The position numbers and the translations under genes were made by a program. Of a stretch of 64,000 bases of DNA, positions 46,136 through 62,700 are shown piece by piece. Origin of the DNA: the human T2T-CHM13v2.0 reference genome, Homo sapiens; NCBI RefSeq assembly GCF_009914755.1, contig NC_060926.1. The stretch is one strand, 5' to 3'. Position 1 is the first letter of the stretch; each line of letters begins with the position of its first letter. The notes below the pieces were generated by a model. That model did no database searches. It worked only from the letters and a program-made list of their open reading frames with translations, and was not told the DNA's origin.

Positions 46136-49049
46136 ACCGAAGCGGTCCCCGTTTCTCCGCCTCTCGGGCCAGTCCCCTAGTTCTAGGCCCATTCGGAACG
46201 GCTACTGTGGCGGGGGCAGAAATGGAGTGCGGGATGCTGAGAGCCTGGACTCCGTCCCGTGACCCTCAAGGCAAGTGCGGAGAAAAGCGTCTTGCGCGCT
46301 CCGCGGGGACAGGACGTGGAGGGAGCAGCGTCGGCAACCGCGGGAGGAAAAGGCCCCGGCTCTGCAGGGCGGCCGGGGTGCTTCCTCGCCTCCTGCCTAG
46401 CCGCGTTTCCCGTCCCCGGCAATCGGGACCCGCACGGATTGCCCAGGGGAGACGGCGCGGGACGCGGAGGGTGGCGTGCGCGGCGCTAGCCCGCTGTGCT
46501 TCACTCTCTCGGTTCCCACTTCCTCGCGGCGCCTGGGCCCAGCCGGCTCTCGGCGCCGCCTTCCCGCGGCCTGGCCTTTCACGTCCTTCTCTTTCTCCCT
46601 CGGCCCTCGTCCTCCTCTCGTCTTTCCCGGCCATTCCTCTCAGCCGAACGCGCCTTCCCAGCACCTTCTTCCTGCAAGCTCCTCCATCTGGACTGCGACC
46701 GATTACCCAGCTCTTCCCGGCCTCCTCTCCGCGAGGCCGAGGCTCCCCAGGTCCCCAGCGCCAGCCTTTCGCAATGCCAAGGGCTCCGCTTTCCCTCGAT
46801 CTGGGCCTCGCCCGGCGAGATGAGAGGAGAAAGGGGACTCCGGGGTCTTGCCCTCAGCCCGACCCCAGGCCGCGGCCAGAGCCTGAAGTCCGCTGCCTCC
46901 TCCATCCCTAAGCCCTGGGACCGGGAGACCCAGCGCCAGAAGAGGCCACTGGCGGTAATGGCTCCCCCAGGCTCCTTCCTGGGCTCCCTCCTCCCGGCTT
47001 CCTCCTGCTGCCTCTTTCCAGCCTCTTCACACGCGCCGCTCGGGAGAGCCACTGGGCCTCTGGAGGCTACCGGCCCGAGCGGATTTCTTTGGCCTCCGCC
47101 TGGGGAAGGCGAACAGGCTGGAAGCTGGCCCTGGGTCGTTCCAGCGAGGGGATTATGTTTGATCTGAGCTCGGCTACCCTCAAGCTGACTGGGACACCCT
47201 GGGCCAGTTGGGCACTATCTCTCTGCGGCTGCTGGGTGTGGGTGGCACTGGGGACTGGAGGGTAGAGCATGCATGCAGCCCAGTGTGAGGGTGACTGATG
47301 ACTGCCTTGAATACAGAGACAGGGGCCTTAGCTCTGGGAAACATTCCTGGTGCCAGATGTCACTGGGACAGTAGGTGCTCACTGCTACTCATAGTTGACT
47401 GCTTGAGTCAAGGCAGTTATACCATCAGGAATTCCAGCAGGTGTGTGGACCTGTTGGGCACCAGGGATTAAATCCGATTTTATTCTTTAGACTGTGGGAT
47501 GTCTTGAGTGAAGGCATAAGCAGACCTTTTGGTTCCATTAAAAATATCTGTAGGACTGCCAGAGAAATCAGTCCTCCAATCCCACACATTCCCAGGGGAG
47601 GATCTAAAGTCACTGCCTGTGACACTCATCACCTTGAACCCCACCTATGGGTGGACATTTTCTTCCCCCCAGGACAATTGTGAGTTCTGTGCCCACCTAA
47701 CATCCTCTCCACTCTACTAACCCTGTATGTAGAGCAAATAAGTTTTGTGTACAGATGTCAATTAAATAGCCTTCAGGGGTAAACTCATAGGAAGTGGAAT
47801 TCAAAAGTGACCCTCCACCCTGTGAGGTGGGGCCACCCAAGCTGGGAGCAATCCACAGCCAGGCAGAGATGGGCTTGCACTGGATGTGAGACAGCCTGTG
47901 TGCGTCTTCAGGGGGTGTACTTTTATAAATGTATGTGCACACACAGAGGTGCCAATGCATTTGTAAAATATAATCGAAATATTAGACATAAAGCATAGAG
48001 GATATATTTACACACTTGACAGAAATGAAAGGCAAATGGGGCTTTTATAAATCCCTCTGCCCTTCCCCATTTAATGATAGGGAGGTTATTATGGGCCTGA
48101 AACGCTCAGGATGTGATTTGCCACTAATCTCTCCTAGCCAGGGTCACCTGTGTTACTGGCAGTCCCACCATGGCTCAGGGCTCTGATCAATGAAACAGGC
48201 CTGGCACTGGTGAAGGAAAGTCTGAACTAACTGCCTTGGCCCCTGAATGAACATTCCTTCCATAGGCCTTCAATACACTTTGCCCTTGACCTCAGAGAAC
48301 ACATCCTCCCAAAGAGCCTTTGGAAGGAAATCACTAAAAGGTAAAAGGGAGGCATTTGCCCTTGCTGTCCTATGTCAATGTTGGGTTGGGGCCTCCCCAG
48401 GACCTGTCCTTTCTTGGGGAGGCCTCACCCCTTCTGGGTCCTTTCTGCCTCCCTTTCATTCTGCACTCCTCCACCTAAGGGCATACCACAGGGGGGTGGG
48501 GGGCAGGTTTGTTGAGGGAGTCCTTTGGCACAGGGAGTAGGAGGAGAGCTTGGGCACCAGAGTTAAGCAAAATTGGTTTAGATTACTGACCTTACAGCCC
48601 TTTAAACCTGAACCAGTTTCTTTGTTTCTCTTTGCTTGTTTCCTTATCTTACAAAGGGACCCATAGCCCTTATCTTAAAGGACTTGCCAAGAATCAGAGG
48701 TGATGTCTATAAAATTGCAAACACCCAGTAGGATCTTCATAAATATTTGTTGACAGAAGGAAGGGTGTAGCTCTGAGGTGACCCACGAACCACTTTTGAT
48801 GGGTGGGGCAGTGGACCTTCGTTGTCTGAGGCCTCTCCCAAGTCACCCCTTTCGCCCTCCTTCTGGCTCTGGGCCCGGGGCCTGGGCTGTACTGGAGGTG
48901 AGCACCTAGGGGTTAAGAAGCCACTAATGGTAAAGGAAAATTAGCACCATCTTGCAGACCACACAGTGCAGCCCTCCCCAATCTCCTTGGTGGGACCCTT
49001 TTTGGGCCAGTGACTCAAGCCTCTGCGAATACAGGGTGGAGAGCCAAAG

Positions 49050-50300
49050 AGGCCAAACGTGGTGCGTCTCCTGCCTCAAAATGAAGACTCCTACATGTCA
49101 CACATGGGCACGGACCAGAGCTGCTGAGATGATAGGCCGGGCGCATAACAGGCACCCCGCACATCGCACCGCGGACGCAGCGATCCTCCCATTTGTACCC
49201 TAAGGCCTGAGAAGGCCGCTCGACACCTCCGCGTGCACAGTCCCTAGACCAGTGAGGGCGGGGACGGGGAAATCCTTTTGTTTTATATTGGAAACCTTAC
49301 GCCAAAGGCAGGCAGGAAGCAACCAAAGGAACAACAGGCCGCCTGAGCCGTGGCTCAAACAGCACAGGGCAGTGGCCGAGCACCAGGCTTTTCGGTGGAG
49401 CTGGGATCCCAGCAGGCAGAAGAGGTGGACAACTCTGACCGCAGACTCCCTACAACCCCGCGATCGATGCTCCACCTGCACGCTCAAACGCACCTGTTTC
49501 CCAAATTAATCCAGACGCGAATTTAACGACCGATTTTGATAGATCCGGGAAATTCTGTCCACCAGCGTCACCCAACACAGCAACTTTTACAGACAATGCG
49601 TGGCGTCCGTTCCTGCTCACCCAAAGCGGCCTCTCTGGGCTGACAGCCACCCCTGCGGGTCCTCAAACCCCACTCGAAACCCTCCGAACCCCTGTGTCTG
49701 GGAGCAGTAGGGTGGGATGACTGCAGGATCCCTTGAAGAAGTGACTCGCTGCAACCCCACCACCAGCAGCAAAAACGCTTTCACCCGGGAGCTGCATGGA
49801 TGCGCGGATGGCTGGGGGCTGAGGGGACGCGTGAAGCCCAGGCCTCTTGCTTGGGCTGGGCGATTCCCGCCGTGGGACGGGTGGGATTGACCTTAGTGGA
49901 GTCCAGTCCTTCGGAGAATCCGCGGGCAGTCGGGACCCACGCTCCGGAAACACCCAAGTCCGAACTCGTACACACAGCACAATGGCGTGCAGCCGCCGGG
50001 GCCCTAACTCCCAGAGACGCGTCTGAAGAAGCCATACAAGGGGGCGCAGCTTCGGGGCTCTGGCTGGGAGGTTACTGCAGGGACAGACGCCTCGCCTCCA
50101 GCAGCCGGGTCCAGGCTCAGGGCCGGCCGGCCTCTGCTCGCTTTCTGCTTGGATTACCAACAGCCACTGGGCTTGGGGAGATCGGCCGGGCCGCAGGCCT
50201 AGCCCTGCTGAGCAGGCGTTTAGTAAGGACCACAGGACTTTAGTCTCAATATCTGAGTCTGTTAATAGACCTGACAACCGAGGACCAGCCCCCAAGGCAG
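49050..50300. promoter_or_regulatory. Intronic CpG island
   Basis: High CpG density in unique sequence. Confidence 0.75.
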
Positions 50301-51554
50301 ACGTGGAAAGGTGTAAATGGTTCATGCAAGGAATTGCACTTTGAGATTTTTGTATTTGTTTTATTTTTTGGTTTTAGCATTTGTAGAGGGTTTCTTTTTT
50401 GTTTGTTTGTTTTCTTGGAGTTGCTTTACGTTATTTTTTCCTTTTACTTGTTTTCGGCAGGAGGCCCACATTCCCATAGCGTGCCTATTCCTATGCCGGG
50501 CCCTCTCATTTGGGTCTTCTTTTGTTTCCCCCCCTTCCATAACCCTTACCCCCACAAACACACACTGAAGCAGACCAGCAACCCGAAAAATCATCTTGTA
50601 GGTGTGTCTTGTGTGCCCAGTTTTCATTTTCAGGGAACGGTTCAGGAAGATTAGACAGCTCCTTCCCTCCTCAGGCGATTTCTGTTCCCCGCCTGGTCTG
50701 GTAGACCCAGGAACCCATGGAACTGCCACCGCATCCCCTTGCCCCACACACCTGCATCTTCAGGGATGGTCCCCCAGGTAGCTTCTGGGGAGTCCGAGGG
50801 GCAAGGAGGCCAAATCCTTTGGAAGCCCGGACAAGGAGTGGGTACCTGGGGCTACAGGAAAGGGAGGAGATGGCAGTGGCATGCACCCGCAGTCAGTCAA
50901 AGCCACCGGGCTCAAGTCTTCCTCTTTTGCGCAGCACCGGTAAGGAGAGAGGGTGTCTATGCATCACGTTGGCCTGGGTGCCATTTCCCCAATTACCCCT
51001 TGGCTGCAGGCTCCCTTCTTGTTGGCTACATTTCTTTGATTTCTATTTTAATGGTGGGAGGTGGAGCATATGAATTTTGCCTATTTGCTCCTTGCTTAAT
51101 ATAAAATCACAAATAATGCTAGACCTGACTACCCTTGGAGAGCCAGTAGCCGGTTACCTGGCTGTGCATCTGCAGATTCTGTACCCCAGTTCAAGATACT
51201 CTGATAGAAGACACCAACGCTGCATGGGCCTGCCCACCAATCCCTGCGGCGAGACAGGTCTAGGAGGCTAGTTCATTCCTCATACCCCCAACCCAGCTCA
51301 TCCGGGAAGGCAGTTGGGGGTTTCAGTGTCCTGGGTTCTCCCACTGTTGGTGGATGCTGACTGGGGACATTCAGCACTGCAGAAAGAGGTAGCAGCCCCA
51401 GGCTTGGATGTGGCCTACAGAGCCAGGGTGAATGCACCCGGAAAGTCAGGGTGAGTGCCAGACTGAAGGAGTGTGCTATAAGGCCCTGGCGGAGGCTTGG
51501 GCTTGTAAAGGCTCAGGGCCCTCCTTGAACCATCTCCCCCGTGGCCTTAACATC

Positions 51555-51585
51555 TTTTATTCTTTCTTTTTTTTTCTTTTCTTTT

Positions 51586-51619
<34 letters not shown>

Positions 51620-51757
51620 TAGAGTGGTTGCTCTGTTGCCCAGACTAGAGTGCAAGGGTGCAATCATAGTTCACTGTAACCTTGAACCTCTGGGCTCAAG
51701 CGATCCTCCCTCATCGACCTCCCAAAGTGCTGGATTACAGGACTGAGCTACCGCGCG
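51555..51757 (-). mobile_element. Alu monomer/partial with long T tail
   Basis: About 60-nt T-rich tract followed by an antisense Alu arm. Confidence 0.8.
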
Positions 51758-52099
51758 TTTCTTGTTCTTTAACTTATTCTACAAACATTAATGCGTACTC
51801 ACTGTGTGCCAGACTGATCCTGGCTCAAGCTGCTGGCACGCAGCTTCCCATAAATGTAAGCTGTTTCTGCCCAGCTCCCACAGTCAGGCCAGAAACAGCT
51901 GGGTAGAGACTTCCCCGCTGAAGTCGAGGGGGCGGGCTCCCCGAGCCTGCTTCCCTTGAAGCCAGGCAAAGACCACGTAGGAGGTGGTCACTGTGCCCAC
52001 CAAATCCAGGCGATCTTCCCGGATGCTTTTAGTGCACTGTAGGCACTCAATAAATACTTCTCGAATAACTTAAATGGGACAAAATTCATCAACATGGCA

Positions 52100-52880
52100 T
52101 AATTCTGTAGGTATTAATTAGGCGGCCAACGCCTTCTCCCGGAAGAACGTGTGTTCTAATATTATCTTATTTTTTGACGTTGCAATGTCCTTCTTATATG
52201 AAACAGTGATCATGGCAGAACATAGAATAATTGTTAAAGCATGAAGTTGACAACCCCATAGTTTCGAAATTTTGTTTCTGCAATCCGCAGCTTTGGGAAG
52301 CACTGAATTACAAAACCTGAAAACCCTCATATATGTGGCGGCTTAGAGGCCGGCCTAGGCTGGAGCGGAGGTCTTGGGAAGCGCTGGGCCGCTCGTAAAG
52401 TCAATGGTGAGTCTCCCGGCTTTCGGCTTTCGGCTTTCGGCGGCAGCCGGGTGTGAGGTTCCACGGGCAAAGCCAGCCAGAGGGTTGACAGAAATAACTG
52501 GATAAATCTGTGCCCCTGCCCCTGCCGGCTCACACGGCTGCAGCCCACGGCTGGAGCCAAAAATAACCGCGCAGTTGACGCCACGGTTTCTTTAGCGTCT
52601 TGCTGGAGACATTGACTTTCAGAGCCCCTGTCCCGCCTTCCATTCCCCACTACTTGGCAGCCCACCGCGTCCACCCGCGGAGCTGCGGAAGCCAGGGCCG
52701 GGCAAAGGACACTCTACGAGGCACAGCCTCCGGCAGGGCCACACTTACAATGTAGACAGGAAAATAGAGGATTTAAATTCAAAAAGTAATACGAGCTCGA
52801 TTTTTTTAAAAACCGGAAGCAAAGAAGGATCCCAGGAACAGCCACTGTTTTCAATTCTGGGCGAGTCCTTCCAGGCGATT
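52100..52880. promoter_or_regulatory. Second intronic CpG island
   Basis: High CpG density, with an AT-rich TAAT-containing 5' flank. Confidence 0.7.
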
Positions 52881-53379
52881 TTTCCACGCTCTTATAGACG
52901 AACAAATAAATAAAAGCAGAACTATATTTCATAGGCTGTTTTGCAATTTACCATTTCAAAAAAATTTAATCTGCAGTGATCATCTTCTCTGCTGAACCAG
53001 TTCTTGCTGTCCCTTGACTGTAGAATTAAGTATTCCTTTAGTTGGGGAAAGCCTAATTCCCCTAAAGACTGGAGGGACCTTGGGGTTGTTTTTCCTTAAT
53101 ATAAACACTGTGAAGTAAGCTCCGAAGGCAGGGTTCTTCTAGACCTTTGACTGTTTCTGTGGGATAAGTTTCTAGCAGTGTAATTACTGCTTCGAAAGAT
53201 TTACACACACAATTTAAATATATTTCATTTACTGTAATAGGTAATTGTAAAATAGATAATTAATTCATCAAAACATCTTTTTTTCAGACATCAGGAGATG
53301 GGAGGTCTCACTATTTTGGGTTTAAGCTGGACTCAAGTGCTCACATAGCTGGGATTACAGGTGGGAGCCACTGCACTTT

Positions 53380-56300
53380 TTAAAAAGTATCCGGTGAAAA
53401 ACCTCTCCCATCCCTGTCCCCATCACCCACTTCCCACCTGGTTCAAGGACTTTCTAATATGTCCTTCCAGATAATGTTTATGCCTATGGAAATCAGTGCA
53501 GTTATATAACTTTTTTCTTCCAATATATCTTGGGGTGTAAATAACTTTTTGTTTGTTTTTTTTATAGATGCATAATATTCCATTTAAGTGGACTAGGTGG
53601 ATCATAATGTATATCATATAACCAGTACCCTATTTGTGGACATTTGGTTATTTTCTTATCTGTTGCTATTATATGTAATCCTGAAATAAATAAACTTGTT
53701 TCTTAGTCATTTCCACATGTGTGAGTATATCTGTCAGAGAAGTTCCTAAAAGTGAATTACTGGGTCAAATGGTATCTGTGTTTGAAATTTGCAAGATAAT
53801 GCCCAATTGTTTGTCCTCCATAAGATGGAAGCAGTTTACACTGCCACCAGCGATGTCTGAAAGTGGTTGTTTCTCCAAAATTTGCCAGCACAGTTCACAT
53901 TTTACATCCTGATGAACATAGTCAAGTTATTCTGCAGGAGAAGTTTAGTTACTTATGTCCACCCCTTTGCCCTGTCCCCACACTGGACATTTTGTATCAT
54001 TTCATCTTTGTCGATCTTCATATTCATTAGCCAGTTGTATTTCTTCTATCTATTGATTCATTTCCTTTGACCAGTTTAATTTGCAAATATACCTTTTCCT
54101 TATTGATCTGTAGAAACTCTATGTATTGCTTTCAATATGTGTTGCAACATTTTAATTTACAATTTATCCTTTGATTTTGTTTAGGATGGTCTTTTGTTTT
54201 CAGAAGTATAAAATGTCTTTTTATTTTTATTATGTCATTATATTTATTTTTTAGAGACAAGGGCTCACTCTGTCACCCAGGCTGGAGTGCAGTGGCCCAA
54301 CAATAGCACACTATAACCTTGAACTCCTGGCCTCAAGCAGTCCCCCCACCTCAGCCTCTGGAGTAACTGAGACTATAGGCACTCCCCACAATGCTGGCCT
54401 AGCTTTAATTTTTTATTTATTTTCTTTAATTTTTTATTTTTAATTTTTTTTAGTAGGGACAGGGTTTCACCATATTGAGGAGGCCAGTCTCAAACTCTTG
54501 GCCTCAAGCAATCCTCCCACCTGCGCCTCTCATAAAATATCTTTTTAATTACAAAAGCAATCCATACTATTTTGCTATGTCATGTAAAATTTAAAAGTTT
54601 CTAATTTCCCTTACATGATACACTTCCACTCCTAAGATTTACCTTCCAAACTTTACCTAGTAATTGAAAAATATAAATATGTAAGTTATATATTACAAAA
54701 ATTGGATTTTTTTGCAATGACTTTTTTCTTAATTAAACAAATTGTCTTAGCTTGCAAGTAGAGTAAAAGAATATTTGTGGAAATCTTTCTTTCTAGAACT
54801 CCCTCATTCTTTTTAACCACTGTATAGGATTCCGTTATGTAGATATCATATAACTTATTTAACTAGTCCTCTATTAATGGATATTTAGGTTGGTTGTACT
54901 TTTTCATTATTACAAACAATGCTGTAGTGAACATCTTTGTATCCTAATTTGAACAAATGGTTTGTTTTATTTTTAATTATTCTTATCTTTTTATCCCAGG
55001 CAACACCTACCTCATTTATACCATAGAATGAGTGCTCCCTTGAACAAATGGTTTTTTTTAAATCTTATTTATGAGACAATTTGGAACATGTAAAACCAGG
55101 TGGGATATTTTATTATATTAAGGAATAATTGTCAATTTTTATTGTGATAATAGTATTATAGGTGACTTTTTTAAGAGTCCCCCCTTTTTAAGAGATACAT
55201 GTTGAAATACTCATAAGTGAAATGTTATGACTTCTAGAATTTGCTAATAATTACAGCAGAATAGAAGAAAGAAGATTATTCCTGAGTTTCTAATAGTTGA
55301 AATTGGGGGATAGGTATATCGGAGCTCATTGTACTGCTCTCCCTAATTTTGTAAATATTTGAAATTTGTCATAATAAACTGTTTAAAGTAACAAGAATCA
55401 TTTTACATATACATGGTATGAATATAATTACAGGATAAATTCCTAGAAGCAAACTTTTAAAATCCAAGGATATACATTTAAAGTTATGATAGTATTTCCA
55501 AATTTTATACCAAAACTCTTATATTGATTTATACTCTTAGCCATCTTGTATAAAAGTGTCATTTCTCTACGTCCTCCCAACTCAGGATATACTTAATTTT
55601 TTAGAGTGAAATCTTTTCAAGTGACAGAATAATCTCATTTTATTAGTAGTTTAAATTGCTAGTGAGGTTAAGCATGTTTTTATGTAGTTATTCTTCATTT
55701 TAATATTCTCTTCTGTGAATTTTTCATATATTTAGCCATTTCTCTATCGGATCACTAATTGTTTTCTCATCTTCGTAAGTGCCACTTATATAGTAAGGAA
55801 ATGAGCCCTTTTTCTGTGACATGTATTGCAAACAACTCCCAGGTCACTTTCTTAAAAAACAAAACAAAACAAAAAAAAAAAACCCACAAAAAAACAGCAA
55901 CAAAAAACTTTCTTTGTGGGATTTTTTTTTTTTCTAAACTGAAATTTAAACTCTAACCACATTTAATGGTTGTTCCTTTTTGGGCTTCTAGATTCTAGCT
56001 CCTAGTTAGAAAAATCTTCATCCAGCATTTAAAACATTATATATGCATACACAAACATATTAAAATGTTTGCTACCAAAAAAATTTTATTCCCTAGTCTT
56101 TTCACCAAAAGAAATAATAAAGAAAGACAAAAAATGAGTTGAATCTTTCCTCCCTGATCGGTTTCCACTCCTCAGAGGCAAGAGAAGAGTGAGGTGCTTC
56201 TTTTGCCAGACTTGTTCCTATGTGGTTACAAAAACACAAACACACACACAGAAAGAGTTTACTTTTACTGTTTTTTTAATATAAAAATGGGTTTATGCAC

Positions 56301-57400
56301 ACTTGCCATTTCACTTAGTAGTATACAATAAACATCCATCCAGGTTATGTGTCTCATTCTTGTTAATGTTTACATATAGCCAAAGTTATTACTAGACTGT
56401 GATTTTATCGACAATTTTCCTATTGATAAACATTCAGCTTTTCCCCCTTTTCTCCCTCTTGCAAACTATGCTACAAACAGTGGGTCTGTATTTATCAACT
56501 ACGCCAACGTTTCTGTGTGATAGAAAGCTCTATAAAAATGCTGGGACAAAGGAACAGTGCATTTTAAGTTTAGCTAGGCATTATTCCTCTTCAAAAACCA
56601 TATATTATATCAATTTATGTTCTTATTGAGAGAGCTTGAGAGAACCTAATTCTACTCAGCCTTGCCAGTACAATTTTCCAAATCTGATAGATAAAATATG
56701 GCATCTCAAAAAACAAGGATATCTCATTGCTGTTATAACTTTCATTTTTCTGATTCCTCTAGCCCGAGTATTTTTTCATATTTATTAACCACATGCATTT
56801 CTTCTTCTCTGAATAATTTGTTCGGTTTCCCACTGGACTGCTTGACTTTACTCACTGGTTTACAGAGGCTGTGTGTATACCAGACATTAGGACTCTGTTA
56901 AGAATTCATTATGAATATTTTCTCCCCATCTGTCTCTTACCCTGCAGATGCGTTTATTTTTAGGTACTCAAATATGTCATTTATTTTCCTTTCTAGAAAG
57001 TTATTTTATATTTGTTCTTCAATTTTTAGAGCTTTTATTTACATTTAAATTTGTGTTTATTTTTGCACACAGTGTGAGATAAATAGCTTTATTCCAAATA
57101 ATGAACTAATTGTTCAAAAGCTATGTCTCTAATAACCCTGTCTTTCCTCCAACTAATTCAAAATACTGTCTTCCCAACATACCAGATCCACATAGACACA
57201 TGAATTTGCTTCATAACTCTTGTGCAGCATTATACCATTTTAGTTGCTGTAGATTTGTAACATATTTGCTGTGTGGTAATGCAAGTATTCACTACTATTG
57301 TTTAACTTTTTTTGTTGACTATCCTTGCATTTTCAATGTTCCCAATAAACTTGAGAATGAATTTTCCATAAGGAATTTTTATAGCAATCACATTATATTT
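53380..57400 (-). mobile_element. Patchwork of ancient L1M fragments with an antisense AluJ (~54240-54530)
   Basis: Recurrent antisense L1 3' motifs (gaattactgggtcaaatggta, tggatatttaggttg, gaggttaagcatgtttt). Confidence 0.65.
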
Positions 57401-57440
57401 GTAGGTGGGGGCAGGAAGGGCCTTGCACACTTAAAAGTCA

Positions 57441-57749
<309 letters not shown>

Positions 57750-58469
57750 TTATCAGCTTATCGTGCAAAGAGACTACCTAGTGCTAGGTAGGAAAAGAAG
57801 TGAGATAGGGCTTTGGAGGTGGGGGGGATGTCTACTGGGAGAGGTGCCAGAGGGGCACCAGAGGTCAGAAGCATAAGCTAACTACTATCAGGCCGGGGGT
57901 CACCACCTCTCCCAAGCAAAGGCTCTTGGGCAGAATTCACCCTCCCACATACCCTCAGAGCTCACTGCTCTTTGAGGAGACTTGAGGGGTAGCAAAATGC
58001 AGGACTCATTTCATTTCACCCTAATAAGTGCCTACCTGCAAGGAAGCCCTGGAATGAAAGCTGTTCCTCTTTCCAGATGCTCCTCCCAAACTCCTCCTAG
58101 AAAAGGAGCAACTCAAAAAAAGAGGACTATTTTAGTAAGATAGGCTATATTTTGCTGCAGAGACAACCGCAAATTTTAGAGGCTTAACAAAACACAAATG
58201 CATTTATCACTCACAGAAGTCCATCACAAGTGGACAGGGGCTCATCCTGATACTCAGAAACCCAGGCTGGTAAAGCTTCTTCACTCCTGCTTCCAAGACC
58301 ATCACAGTAGAAAGGGTGTGGCAACACACACACACTCTCTGGTTATTGGGTTTTGTTATTTAGGGCAGGGATGGTAATATCCCCTTATCTTATTTTATTG
58401 CCTTCCCAACACTCGTCTTTGCCTTACATATTTTTAAAATTTATTTTTTATTAGAAATAAATTGCTTGA

Positions 58470-58777
58470 AGGCCGGGTGCAGTGGCTTACGCCTGTAATC
58501 CCAGCACTTTGGGAGGCTGAGGCGGGGGGATCACTTGAGCCTTTTGAGACCAGTCTGGCCAACATGGTGAAACCCTGCCTCTACTAAAAATACAAAAATT
58601 AGCGGGCATGGTGGTGGGTGCCTGTAATCTCAACTACTCAGGAGGCGGATGCAGGAGAATCGTTCGAACCCAGGAGGCAGAGGTTGCCGTGAGCCAAGAT
58701 CACACCACTGCACTCTAGCCTGGGTGACAGAGCGAGACTCCGACTCAAAATAAATAAATAAATAAATAAATAAATAA
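58470..58777 (+). mobile_element. AluS with (AAAT)n tail
   Basis: Dimeric Alu with a tetranucleotide tail. Confidence 0.9.
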
Positions 58778-59030
58778 CTTTACATTTATTATCTGTCTCC
58801 CTCCCCAGTACAAGGTTTACAGGAACAAATGCTTTTCTCTTTTGCTCATTTCTGTATCCCCAGGCCCTAGAATAATATTTGACACATAAGGGCTTATTAA
58901 ATACATGTTGAATGGTTGAATATATTCAGTTGTTTTAGTCTACATAAATGAGATTAAACTACATGTTATTCTGTAACTTACTTTCATACACTAATGTCTG
59001 TTCACATAGCTTATTGCCTCATTCTTTTCA

Positions 59031-59586
<556 letters not shown>

Positions 59587-59852
59587 TTATGGTTCTATTA
59601 ATAGCGTATAGGAGTGTAGATTTCCCTACAGTGCACCATTGTTATTGTCATCATTGTTTTTAATCACTTGTTAATGTCCTTTCAACCTTATGGGATATAA
59701 AGGGCTTTCCATTGTTGCTGGAACTTGTATTATATTGATTACTATAAAGCTATGCTTATCCTTTCATATGTTTATTGGCCATTTAGCTGTCTTTTTTTGT
59801 GAATGACCCAGATAAATTACTTGACCATTTATTTTATCAGGCTATTTACTTA

Positions 59853-60155
<303 letters not shown>

Positions 60156-60290
60156 TGACTCTTAAATGTATTTTTTTTTTCAAATCTGTTTCTTGTACTT
60201 TACCTTGATTTTGGTGCTTTTGTCATCCAAGTTTTTAGCTTTAATATAGTCAAATACATCCTTTGTGTTTCCTTTACAGCCTCCAGTTTT

Positions 60291-60580
<290 letters not shown>

Positions 60581-61244
60581 TACAGCCTCCAGTTTTGCAG
60601 CTTGCTTAGAAATTTCATCCCAAGCCTAGCATTCTAAAAACATCCTCCTATATTTTTTTGTAATGCCCTTATAATTTTATCATCTATGATTTGGTCTTTA
60701 ATCCAGTTGAAATGTGTTGTTATTTATGGAGCGAGATAGGAATTTAACTTAATTTTATTCCAAACATACAATTTATGGTCACCAATCTGCTTAACGTGAC
60801 TTATTGACTAAATCACTCTTTTCCCATCTTGAATGCCCTTTTATGATAAACTCTATGACTATGGATACATGTGTCTAATATCCCCTTATCTTGTACTTCC
60901 CATGCTATTGTTTCCCCACATGCAGTCATTTGAGTCCCATCTTCATTTGTTATATTAATATTCCATTTATTTTCTTAATATTTTAGCATAATGCATTTTA
61001 AGATTAAATTTCCACTTTAGCCTCACCCTAAGCCTATAAAATTATAGGTTTAAATTTTTTTCTAGTAAACATTAAAATAAATGCCTAACTTTTTAAATGA
61101 CATGCTTATTTATGTACAATTTTAAATCATCTTACAAACCATAAGTGGAATACAGAGACACTATCGTGTTTTTTCTACTAATGGATTTGTCAATTTCTGT
61201 GACAACACATCACTCTAGCTTTGTGGCATGCTTTTGTTGTCAAC

Positions 61245-62700
<1,456 letters not shown>

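Larger units (their letters stand above)
44600..47150. promoter_or_regulatory. VAX2: VAX2 promoter CpG island with CCAAT box and GC box
   Basis: Dense CpG, high GC. CCAATCAG (NF-Y-like) at 45546-45553 and GGGGCGGGG (SP/KLF) at 45618-45626, just upstream of the ATG. Confidence 0.85.

Noticed and set aside
45671-46180. 169-aa ORF as a complete VAX2 protein
   Set aside because: It starts at TTG upstream of the real ATG and reads through the exon 1 donor into intron and L2-derived sequence; only 45689-45935 is supported.
46183-47167. Long overlapping ORFs (234, 223, 157 aa) on both strands
   Set aside because: GC-rich CpG island with few stop codons; low-complexity R/P/G/A products with no recognisable domain.
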